From assembly GCA_021798335.1 (NCBI GenBank), contig JAJZMI010000050.1, forward strand, positions 1,273-65,272: a stretch of 64,000 nucleotides of DNA, read 5' to 3'. The notes beneath the pieces were generated by a model. That model saw only the letters and a list, made by a program, of their open reading frames with translations, was not told the DNA's origin and ran no database searches. Positions 28,626 through 36,346 of this stretch are shown here, piece after piece. Source of the DNA: Pseudomonadota bacterium (lineage in GTDB: Bacteria; Pseudomonadota; Gammaproteobacteria; Steroidobacterales; Steroidobacteraceae). The position numbers were made by a program, and so were the translations under genes. Within the stretch, counting starts at the first letter, position 1. Each line of letters opens with the position of its first letter.

Positions 28626-30115
28626 GGCCGCTTTCCTCCCGATGTCGCTGTTCTGTGATCGGCCGATGACATGGAGAAATGTTCGGCGACCTTGACCATC
28701 GCCAGCGTGTCTCGTTCGCAGTAGGTAAGCAGCGAATGTCGAATGGAGGCGCGTTCCGCATCAGAGAGATTCTCGAACACCAGCCGCGAAAACGCCTGTT
28801 GAGCCATGGAACCGTCCGCGACGTCCAGGTCCGCATAATCGAGCTCCGGCGCAATGGTGGGCAGCACCGCCTTGATGGACCAGGAGCCCAGCATGTCGGG
28901 GTGATAGTAGTGCTCGCGCGCGAGCGGCAGCAGGTCCACCAGCCGATCGATGATCCGGCGGATACGCCCCGCATGGCTGGGGAGTGCTTCTGCCAGCTCG
29001 CTCAGGCGGGTCTGCTCGAAGGATTTGTTCCACACGAGAATGGGGCCCTGAGTGCCGAGGGTGGCCAGCAGCGCATTCGTAAAGGGAGGACGGGGATCGG
29101 CCGCGTCCTCGGCGAGGAATCCCTCGTGCCGCAGGCGACCCTCCGATTCCTGGACATGGCAGGACCATTGGAAGGGAATCTGCTGGTATGGCCGGGTGCC
29201 CGCCCAGATCGGGACGGAGGGGGCCCAGGTCTCGAAGTCCAGGAAATATCGGGGGTACGCCAGAGTACGGATGGTTCTGGCGAGTGCGGGGTCCAGGTAG
29301 GGCTTGCCGTTCACAGTCGCTTGCCAGACCCTGCGGTGCAGAGTGCTGGTCAGCCGCTCGGCGGGGACTTCGCGCAGATCGGTATACCCTTCCGCCTTGA
29401 GCTTCGCCGCAAGCTTGCCACCGCGAGGCAGGATGTCCACCGGATAGCCTTCGCGCTCGGGGATGCAGTGTGCCTGGAAGGGACACGGGAACGGGTCATG
29501 GCACTGACGCCCGGGCGCCACATCGGGCTCTTTGCGCCGCGCGAGGGTCCGCCGTGCGGCTGCGACCCAGCCCGGCACTTCGGGCATGCGCTCGGTCAGC
29601 TCCGTCACCACGTCCTGCTCGATCAGAAGCCCTTGATAGTGACCGTCTCCGGTGTAGATGAAGTCGCGATCGATGTAGGCAATCGCCTGTTCGCGTAGCG
29701 GAAGTCCGGCCCCCTGCAGCACCCAGCTTTGGACCGCGGCGTCCTCGAGGTGATACGCCTTGATCGAAGTGGACGACTTGACCTCTATCATGCGCCAGCC
29801 GCGCGCCACGGGGCGCAGGAGGTCGGTGCGCACCAGCACGCCGTCATGCTCGAAGGTGGCCTCGAACAGCGGGCGACGGGGCTTGACCGTCAGCGCCTGT
29901 GCGGTCTGACGCAGCGCCGAGCGTAGATCCTCGGCATCGATCAACACCCCATCGGCGTGCAGGTGCCGTGCGAGCAGACCGACCGTTGTGCCCGCCTCTG
30001 TGAGCGGTTGGCCCGTGGATTCATCAGCCAGCGCGGGGTTGTACACCTGCAGCCAGAGTCGTCTCGGACACTGGCGGTGGATCAGGATGCGGGACTTGGA
30101 TAGACCGTGGGTCAT
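28622..30115 (-). CDS. DUF2779-type protein: Cas4-like PD-(D/E)xK nuclease with a 4-Cys cluster plus a DEDD-like exonuclease domain
   Basis: ATG at 30115 (MTHGLSKSRILIHRQCPRRLWL). It has a nuclease core (RTDLL...RMIEVKSST), cysteines QC...CHDPFPCPFQAHC, then YFLDFETW...IPFQWSCH...YCERDTLAMV. This is the pattern I recall for the DUF2779 family. The track start at 30325 is an unsupported extension. Confidence 0.75.
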   Translation of the reverse strand: MTHGLSKSRILIHRQCPRRLWLQVYNPALADESTGQPLTEAGTTVGLLARHLHADGVLIDAEDLRSALRQTAQALTVKPRRPLFEATFEHDGVLVRTDLLRPVARGWRMIEVKSSTSIKAYHLEDAAVQSWVLQGAGLPLREQAIAYIDRDFIYTGDGHYQGLLIEQDVVTELTERMPEVPGWVAAARRTLARRKEPDVAPGRQCHDPFPCPFQAHCIPEREGYPVDILPRGGKLAAKLKAEGYTDLREVPAERLTSTLHRRVWQATVNGKPYLDPALARTIRTLAYPRYFLDFETWAPSVPIWAGTRPYQQIPFQWSCHVQESEGRLRHEGFLAEDAADPRPPFTNALLATLGTQGPILVWNKSFEQTRLSELAEALPSHAGRIRRIIDRLVDLLPLAREHYYHPDMLGSWSIKAVLPTIAPELDYADLDVADGSMAQQAFSRLVFENLSDAERASIRHSLLTYCERDTLAMVKVAEHFSMSSADHRTATSGGKRP

Positions 30116-30204
30116 GGGCCTCTCCCGGGACCGTGGGCGCGCGGCCAGATCGGTATAGGGGAACAATGGACGGCTGTTTGCTTCGGGGTGGACAGGAGGT
30201 GCAT

Positions 30205-31242
30205 TTAGGCTCTCCGGGCTCGTCGGTAGCGCGCGGCAGCTCGGGTCAGCGTGGCTTTCAACCGCTTCCGCAGCGTCCCGGGGGCAACCACCTCCGCGCC
30301 ATCCCCGAACGCACGCAGCCACCATTCCAGTTGCTGCGTATCCTGGACGGTGGCGGTGACGAGAACCTCTTCGTCGTTGAGATCCTTGATGACCTGGTCG
30401 CCGCTCAGAGGGGTTTCCTCGAGATGCGTCCTGACGCCTCGATGAAAAATCACCTTGAGCACTATGGTCCTGCCAGTGGCTTCTCCACTTGGATACTGGA
30501 ATGCACCGCCGCGAATGTATTCATCGAGATCGAATCCCTCGGGGCGCGTTGCCACCTTCTCCAGCAGCTTCGCGTGCCGCATGCGCTGCAGCGGCACATG
30601 GCGCGGATCCCCGTAGTTCCAGTACGTGCACACGAGGTAAAGCAGGTTTCCGCGCGCCACCAGGCCCAAGGGGTTGAACTCCTGCTCCTTCCATTCCTTC
30701 CCTCCGGCGCTACGGCTCAGGTAGTGGGCGGTGAATCGTTTGCCCATGAGCAATGCGTCGTACACCACCCGCGTAGCGGCCACGTCGATCTTCGGGGCCA
30801 ACAGGGGCATCTCGCGCGGTACGACGCGCACGCAGTCGATCCAGCGGCCGAGGCCCGCGGCGTCTGCGCTCTTCAACGTCTCCTCGGCCCGTTGGAAATA
30901 CCGCCTCAGCTCATCGCTCAGGGTCGGCGGCAGGAACTGCGGGGTGAATCGCTGTAGGAGGTTCAGCATCAACGCGGTCCTCTGATCCATCGCGGGCAGA
31001 TCGAGGATCTCCGCGCCCCGCTCCCAGGACCAGCCCCGGGCAATTCCGCGCCTCTCCCCATCCGAATGAATGGGAAAACCCCCACGGCCGGACAAGGTCT
31101 CGAGATCCCGCTGGATCTGCCGGCGGCTGATTCGGTAGCCCTTCGCATTGAGCGTACGGTGCAGGCTCTTCACATCGCTCTTGGCTGGGTGTCGGGGAAT
31201 TGCCCGCAGGAGCTGCAGGTGACGAAGGATCGCATCAGCCAT
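30205..31242 (-). CDS. WYL-domain transcriptional regulator (HTH-WYL-WCX, BrxR/CapW-like)
   Basis: ATG at 31242 (MADAILRHLQLLRAIPRHP... is a winged HTH). The WYL-type core reads FNPLGLVARGNLLYLVCTYWNYGDPRHVPLQRMRHAKL. A C-terminal extension follows (VTATVQDTQQLEWWLRAFGDGAEVVAP). Confidence 0.8.
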   Translation of the reverse strand: MADAILRHLQLLRAIPRHPAKSDVKSLHRTLNAKGYRISRRQIQRDLETLSGRGGFPIHSDGERRGIARGWSWERGAEILDLPAMDQRTALMLNLLQRFTPQFLPPTLSDELRRYFQRAEETLKSADAAGLGRWIDCVRVVPREMPLLAPKIDVAATRVVYDALLMGKRFTAHYLSRSAGGKEWKEQEFNPLGLVARGNLLYLVCTYWNYGDPRHVPLQRMRHAKLLEKVATRPEGFDLDEYIRGGAFQYPSGEATGRTIVLKVIFHRGVRTHLEETPLSGDQVIKDLNDEEVLVTATVQDTQQLEWWLRAFGDGAEVVAPGTLRKRLKATLTRAAARYRRARRA

Positions 31243-31296
31243 GGGCCCCTCGATGGATCGGATTTTTTCTTCATTGTAGCAGCGTACCTCGGGGGT

Positions 31297-31313
31297 GCGA
31301 CACGAGATGTCGC
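31297..31313. promoter_or_regulatory. Inverted repeat GCGACA-N5-TGTCGC in the divergent intergenic region; candidate WYL-regulator operator
   Basis: A perfect 6-N5-6 inverted repeat seen at 31297-31313, between the WYL gene (start 31242) and the divergent gene (start 31432). The functional assignment is inference only. Confidence 0.25.
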
Positions 31314-31431
31314 GCCCGAACGGTACCGTGTCCTTATGACGCAAGAGAACGCGGGCGCTCACCGAGAAGGGCGCTTCGAGGTGGCGCGAAACACTTCGAT
31401 CCCTTCAAGAACACTTGCTTCGGAGGTCGGT

Positions 31432-31764
31432 ATGAAACGAATTATCCCGTGGATGATTCGTCAGGGAGACGTCTTGATGATTGCGGTTGATGCGATTCCG
31501 AATGACGCGGTCGAACAGCCGCGCGATGAATCTGATCGCGTCGTGCTCGCGTACGGCGAAGCCACCGGTCACGGCCATGCGCTTCACGAGCCTGGGGTGG
31601 CGATGCTGCGTGCCGCGAACCAGGAGGTGTTCTTGCGAGTCCTGGAACCGTCAACTCTCGTGCACGAGGAACATGACCGCATTGCCATTCCGCCGGGGCT
31701 CTACCGGGTGGTGCGACAGAGGGAATGGTCCGACGCGGATGAACCGACCCGGGTGGCCGACTGA
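31432..31764 (+). CDS. Hypothetical 110-aa protein
   Basis: ATG at 31432 with GGAGGT 4 nt upstream. It reads MKRIIPWMIRQGDVLMIAVDAIP...VLAYGEATGHGHAL...LVHEEHDRIAIPPGLYRVVRQREW. I recall the pattern (QGDV...GE.TGH.H...HEEH...G.Y.V..QRE) from small phage or prophage proteins of unknown function. Confidence 0.6.
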   Translation: MKRIIPWMIRQGDVLMIAVDAIPNDAVEQPRDESDRVVLAYGEATGHGHALHEPGVAMLRAANQEVFLRVLEPSTLVHEEHDRIAIPPGLYRVVRQREWSDADEPTRVAD

Positions 31765-31765
31765 A

Positions 31766-33136
31766 ATGCGTGAGATCAATGAGTTGACGCCGGACCAGGA
31801 GGTCCAGCTAAAACGGGAAGCCGATCACTGGTTGGCCAACGGCAGGTCCGTCGAACCGTTGGATCGCAAAAGGGCCGCCGACGCGATTTGCGCGCTGTAC
31901 GCGGCCGTAAGGCGTCCCACACCGGCTGTGCTGTTCTTCTCTTCTCCCGCCAGGTGCATCTTGGCGCTGCGCGCGATGATCAAGCTCGGGACCGAGCGAC
32001 GTTTGCTGTGTGACTCGAGTCTGGAATTGCAATTGCAAGAGCAGCTGAGAGCACAACCGATTCCGAAAGGATGGTTGCAGCGCCAGAGGCAGGCCGCCGC
32101 GTCGATCGGGCTGCGGATCGAGTCGCAGCGGCGGTTAGGAACCTGGGCGCAGATCTGGGATGAATCCAGCACTCACTTCGGGTCACGAATCGATTCCCGG
32201 ATTGGTCCCTCGCTTTGGGTGCAGCTTGACTGCGCGCTGCGCTCGATGCTGTGGGAGCAGTTACGGTCCAGACTCTGGCGGTCAGTGCACAGAAAGCTCA
32301 ACGAGCAATTCCGGGAACCCGTAAGACAAGTACTTGAAACAGACTCCATGTCGCGGTCCATCCGATATGGGGAGGACCCACGCGACCTGAGACAAAGACT
32401 GCTCGACGTCAGGTATCAGGAATCTCACCTGGATCAGATTAAACTCGAGATCGGCATGCCCGGAGTTGAGGGTGTGCCGCGCGGCCTGAAGGCGGATATC
32501 TGGGAGCACTGCATGGGCGCCTGGTGGTGCGCTTCCGCGGTGTTCTATGACTTTTGCGCTCGCATCGGTATTTCGTACGCCCCCGAGCAAACGCGGATTC
32601 TTCGACTGTGGCTTGACCAGTGCCGCTATAGTCACTGGTGGTTCGAGTGCGATGGCATTGTGTTCGTGTCCCATCGCCCAACGGTACTGAAACTGGATTC
32701 TGGGGGCAGGTTGCACAACGAGCGCGGCGCCGCCCTCGAGTATGGGGACGGATTCCGGCTGTGTGCGATTCATGGCGTACAGGTCGAAGAGGATGATGTT
32801 CTGCATCCAGAGCGTATTACGGTCCGCCGAGTCGAGCAGGAGCGCAATGTCGAGTTGCGACGCGCCCTGACGTCGTTCTACGGACAGGCGCGGTACCTGA
32901 AAGACTCCGGAGCCACCCTCGTGCACCAAGATGAACGAGGGAAACTCTGGCGAAAGAAGCGGGAGGGAGATACCGATCTCGTCATGGTAGAGGTGACAAA
33001 TTCGACCCCGGAACCCAACGGGAACGCCCGGCCATACCTGCTGCGGGTCCCGCCCGACATGAAGACGGCCGCGGAGGCGGTCGCATGGACATTCAGCATG
33101 CGGTCGGACCAATACAACCCGGATATCGAGACGTAA
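31766..33136 (+). CDS. Hypothetical 456-aa Trp/Cys-rich protein (resembles the family I recall as DUF6745; unverified)
   Basis: ATG at 31766, one nucleotide after the TGA of the upstream gene. Conserved-looking blocks are GAWWCASAVFYDF, WWFECDGIVFVSHRP, LHNERGAALEYGDGF, VEQERNVELRRAL, VTNSTPEPNGNARPYLLRVPPDMKTAAEAVAWTF. The track start at 31481 overlaps the upstream gene. Confidence 0.6.
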   Translation: MREINELTPDQEVQLKREADHWLANGRSVEPLDRKRAADAICALYAAVRRPTPAVLFFSSPARCILALRAMIKLGTERRLLCDSSLELQLQEQLRAQPIPKGWLQRQRQAAASIGLRIESQRRLGTWAQIWDESSTHFGSRIDSRIGPSLWVQLDCALRSMLWEQLRSRLWRSVHRKLNEQFREPVRQVLETDSMSRSIRYGEDPRDLRQRLLDVRYQESHLDQIKLEIGMPGVEGVPRGLKADIWEHCMGAWWCASAVFYDFCARIGISYAPEQTRILRLWLDQCRYSHWWFECDGIVFVSHRPTVLKLDSGGRLHNERGAALEYGDGFRLCAIHGVQVEEDDVLHPERITVRRVEQERNVELRRALTSFYGQARYLKDSGATLVHQDERGKLWRKKREGDTDLVMVEVTNSTPEPNGNARPYLLRVPPDMKTAAEAVAWTFSMRSDQYNPDIET

Positions 33137-33214
33137 TTGAAGTCGTTTCCCCAGGACACACATCGCCCGCGAGAGATCGCCACCGGACAGACGGTCATTC
33201 CAAAGTCGTTGCTT
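33133..33214. repeat. Two Tn7-end-type (TnsB-site-like) motifs in left-end orientation
   Basis: GTAATTGAAGTCGTTTCCCC (33133-33152) matches the reverse complement of the terminal site of the glmS-proximal right end (GTAATTAAAGTCGTATCCTC) at 17 of 20 positions. A second copy is TCATTCCAAAGTCGTTGCTT (33195-33214). No TGT terminus precedes them. Confidence 0.45.
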
Positions 33215-33420
33215 AGTTTTCCGCCCACCGTCCGTTCCCGGCGGAGGCGCCATCCGCACCTGGCAATGAGTCGCTTCATGAATAGGCAGCGGGTGACTTC
33301 TACTTGACCGTAGCAGTTCAGGAAGGATCGGGATGCCCCGCAGATAGGCTCACTCGCGCTGCAGTTGCCACTGCACTGCGGGCGCGTATTTCTTATTATT
33401 GCTGTTCTCCAGACAATCAC

Positions 33421-33438
33421 TATACTTAGACGGGTATA
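33421..33438. promoter_or_regulatory. TATAC-N8-GTATA inverted repeat upstream of the hipB-like gene (HipB-operator-like)
   Basis: Perfect 5-N8-5 inverted repeat at 33421-33438, plus the palindrome ATATCG-C-CGATAT at 33464-33476. E. coli HipB operators have the architecture TATCC-N8-GGATA. Confidence 0.3.
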
Positions 33439-33533
33439 GCATGCGGCCCCGCTGGTTGGAGCTATATCGCCGATATTCCCTATTCGCCTAAAGCTTATTC
33501 TTGTTCTAGGCGGCTTAAGACCGAAAGTACGCC

Positions 33534-33878
33534 ATGCGCCGTCCGGAATCCAAATTCGCATCGCCTCAGGCACATTCGACTGCCGCTCGCCTCGGCAGCG
33601 CAATCCGCGCTGCTCGTCTAGCCCGCAAGGCTACCCAGCAAGAGCTGGCGGAACGCGCTCGCATGAGCGTTTTCACTTGGCAAAAAATCGAAAAGGGCGA
33701 TACCTCGGTTGCCATGGGTACCTGGCTTTCCGCCCTGGAGCAAACCGGGCTCCTCGGACATCTCGAACAGTTGGGTGAGCCCGAGCATGACAGGCTTGGC
33801 CAAGCGTTGCGCCAACAGCAATTGCGTGTGCGAGGCCGCCGCGGCAATGCCCAGTCCTCGATTGACTACGACTTCTGA
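33534..33878 (+). CDS. hipB: XRE-family HTH antitoxin (HipB-like)
   Basis: 114 aa. LGSAIRAARLARKATQQELAERARMSVFTWQKIEKG is a Cro/C1-type HTH. It lies immediately upstream of hipA. Confidence 0.8.
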   Translation: MRRPESKFASPQAHSTAARLGSAIRAARLARKATQQELAERARMSVFTWQKIEKGDTSVAMGTWLSALEQTGLLGHLEQLGEPEHDRLGQALRQQQLRVRGRRGNAQSSIDYDF

Positions 33879-33887
33879 GGAACGCTC

Positions 33888-35171
33888 ATGTCCTGGGATG
33901 GAATCGTCTTCATCCACCTGCCTGATCAGAGCGAGGCGGTTCCGGCGGGAAGAATCTCGCTGCTGGAGGAGGGGCTCCAGTCCATAGGTAGCACCTTCGG
34001 TTACGGTGCCCGATATCTGAAGCGGCCCAACGCGATACCCGTCGACCCTGTAAGTCTACCGCTGTCGAGCTTATCCGGCGAGGAGCAGCTTTATGAGCCG
34101 CCCGCCGGCCTCGCTCTGTTCGGTGCGATTCGTGATGCCACCCCCGATTTATGGGGTCGGCGTGTCATCGAAGCGAAGTTGAAGGTGCCGCCCAACTCTG
34201 TTCCGGAATCGACTTATCTCCTCAACGCCGGCACCCATCGCTTCGGTGCTCTGGATTTCCGAGAGAGCATCCGCTCCGCGAGCGCCGCGGGCTTGCTGCC
34301 ACCGCTTAACGACCTTCAGTACCTGTTGGAAGCCGCGGATCGCGTGCAACAAGGTCTGCCGATACCGACCCGACTGGAAATGCTCTTTCAGGTAGCCAGC
34401 CTGGGTGGGGCGCGGCCGAAAGCACTTGTGTCACATGATGGCAGGCAATTTCTCGCGAAATTCCCGGCCAAGAACGACCCATTCGACATCCCGGCCGTCG
34501 AGCGCGCCTGCCTGGAACTTGCGCGCGCGTCTGGACTGAATGTGCCGCAGACCGATCTGGTACGACTCGCAGACGGTCGGAATGTAATGCTGATCGAGCG
34601 ATTCGACCGGGCCGTTCTGCCAGATGGCAGCTTCTCCCGGAAGCACTGCGTAAGTGCTCTGACCCTGCTTGGCAAACACGAGCAGGAGTCCCCGGCCTCC
34701 AGTTACTCCGAGATCGCCCAGGTGATTTCCGATCGTGGAGTGTCCGGACACGTGCAAGAGGACCGTGCGGAGCTGTATGCGAGAGTTGCGTTCAATATCC
34801 TCATTTCGAATGACGACGACCACCTGCGAAATCACGCATTCATATGGCACCCGCCGGGCAAGGCTTGGCGACTGAGTCCGCTGTACGACGTGGTTCCCCG
34901 CCCGCAAGTATTCCACGAGCGACGATTGCATCTGTCGGTCGGCCCCCAAGGCAGGAACGCCACGCTCACAAACCTGTTCGAGGCACGCGGAAGTTTCGGC
35001 TTGCTGAAACCCGACGCAATCGCAATCATCGAGAGGGTCTCTGCGGCGGCGCGAGAATGGCGCACACACTTGGAATCGGCGGGTGTGAGCCCTGCGCAAT
35101 GCGACCTCGTTCAAAGTGCATTCCGTAGACCACAAGATATCGGTCTCGACGAGATAACGAAGACGCGGTAG
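33888..35171 (+). CDS. hipA: Type II toxin HipA-family Ser/Thr kinase
   Basis: 427 aa with HipA N-domain motifs (DATPDLWGRRVIE), LGGARPKALV, and the kinase core ILISNDDDHLRNHAFIW. Confidence 0.9.
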   Translation: MSWDGIVFIHLPDQSEAVPAGRISLLEEGLQSIGSTFGYGARYLKRPNAIPVDPVSLPLSSLSGEEQLYEPPAGLALFGAIRDATPDLWGRRVIEAKLKVPPNSVPESTYLLNAGTHRFGALDFRESIRSASAAGLLPPLNDLQYLLEAADRVQQGLPIPTRLEMLFQVASLGGARPKALVSHDGRQFLAKFPAKNDPFDIPAVERACLELARASGLNVPQTDLVRLADGRNVMLIERFDRAVLPDGSFSRKHCVSALTLLGKHEQESPASSYSEIAQVISDRGVSGHVQEDRAELYARVAFNILISNDDDHLRNHAFIWHPPGKAWRLSPLYDVVPRPQVFHERRLHLSVGPQGRNATLTNLFEARGSFGLLKPDAIAIIERVSAAAREWRTHLESAGVSPAQCDLVQSAFRRPQDIGLDEITKTR

Positions 35172-35590
35172 CAAGCCTCGTACCGGGCGCATGGCTCAGA
35201 TCAGTGCTTGCCACGCCGGGAACTCAGGGCATTGACCGGGCCGAGGCGGCACGTCGCATGACTGAAGCCTTCGGCGCCGAATTGGATCGGTCTGCGTCTT
35301 CATCAGCGGGAGACTTCCAGCCAGGTTCTAACTGGAGTAACCAATCGGGCTAGCACGCATTCTGGCTGAATGGGACTCTGAGCCTGAGCTGAAGGTTTCC
35401 TGAGGGTGTCGGATTCTTCGGCAATCTTGTCGTAGTCGACACATACGATGAGACGGGAGTTCACAGCGCCACCGGTCTCATCAGCAAATGGGTAGCAGTC
35501 GCGCCACCGCGCGTTCTTTGAATTCGTTGCCGTATCAAGCCACTGTCGTTTCTCAATGCCCCCAAGGTTACCGAGGTATTGAGGCGACAA

Positions 35591-35902
35591 CTACGGTCCC
35601 CCGGAGGGGGGGCCCACCAAATGGGGCTCGGCGGCCCGCCTCGCCTGCTGCTGCAGCCAGCCCTGCATGGCGCTGGTGTCGAGGCACTGCTGCTGCGGAA
35701 TGTACGGGAGATGCGACTGACGGATGCAGAACTCAGTCTTGCCGTGACGGATTCTTGGGGAGTATCCGGCGCTCTCAGCTCTGAGTAACAAGCTGCGCGG
35801 GACGCCAAAATGCGCTGCTTCGGCAGTTAGCGTCTCGGTATTTGCGCATGCCCCCAACAGCACCGACAGAGTGATCAGGATCGACAAATTCACGGCTTTC
35901 AT
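35591..35902 (-). CDS. Small lipoprotein
   Basis: ATG at 35902. MKAVNLSILITLSVLLGAC carries a lipobox (LLGAC). 103 aa. Confidence 0.6.
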   Translation of the reverse strand: MKAVNLSILITLSVLLGACANTETLTAEAAHFGVPRSLLLRAESAGYSPRIRHGKTEFCIRQSHLPYIPQQQCLDTSAMQGWLQQQARRAAEPHLVGPPSGGP

Positions 35903-36181
35903 GACGTCGATTCCTTCCGAACTGTTCCATTCAAATGAGAATGAATTCCCCATCGCGCGGCCGAGTCGCCCCGATCAGTCCGTAGTGCCTGACGCGTGTC
36001 AGACTTTCCTAGCCCGTCAACCGGGGGCGCGGGAGCCGGACGCCGGTCTGGAAGCCCACCGCAGGCTATCACCCCCGGGAGCAGCGGTGCAAATTATTCG
36101 CTTCTTGTACACACGTTGCAGATTCCGGGGAGGCCGCGCGCGTGCAGAATTTTCCCTCCCCCGGGCGTTCACCTCGGAGGT

Positions 36182-36302
36182 AAGGAGTTTAATCCCCAGA
36201 AGAGGACTTTAATGTCCAGGTAACGGCTCCGATTCGAGCACGCAGTCGCATCCCCGGGAAGCGACTTTGATTCTGGGGTAACGACTTTGATTCGGCCCCA
36301 CA
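36182..36302. repeat. Internal Tn7-like right end: array of TnsB-site-like repeats ending in ...CCACA
   Basis: Direct repeats GGAGTTTAATCC, GGACTTTAATGTCC, ACGGCTCCGATTCG, GCGACTTTGATTCT and ACGACTTTGATTCGG, followed by the terminus CCCCACA at 36296-36302. The motif and orientation match the glmS-proximal end at 39145-39213. Confidence 0.6.
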
Positions 36303-36346
36303 AATGTCCGTATCTAAAGCTGGTAACGGCCATTAAAGTCATGTAG

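Noticed and set aside
35303-35590. 95-aa minus-strand ORF directly following the lipoprotein gene
   Set aside because: The composition is protein-like, but it would need a TTG start with no visible RBS, and it has no recognisable motifs. I left it unannotated.
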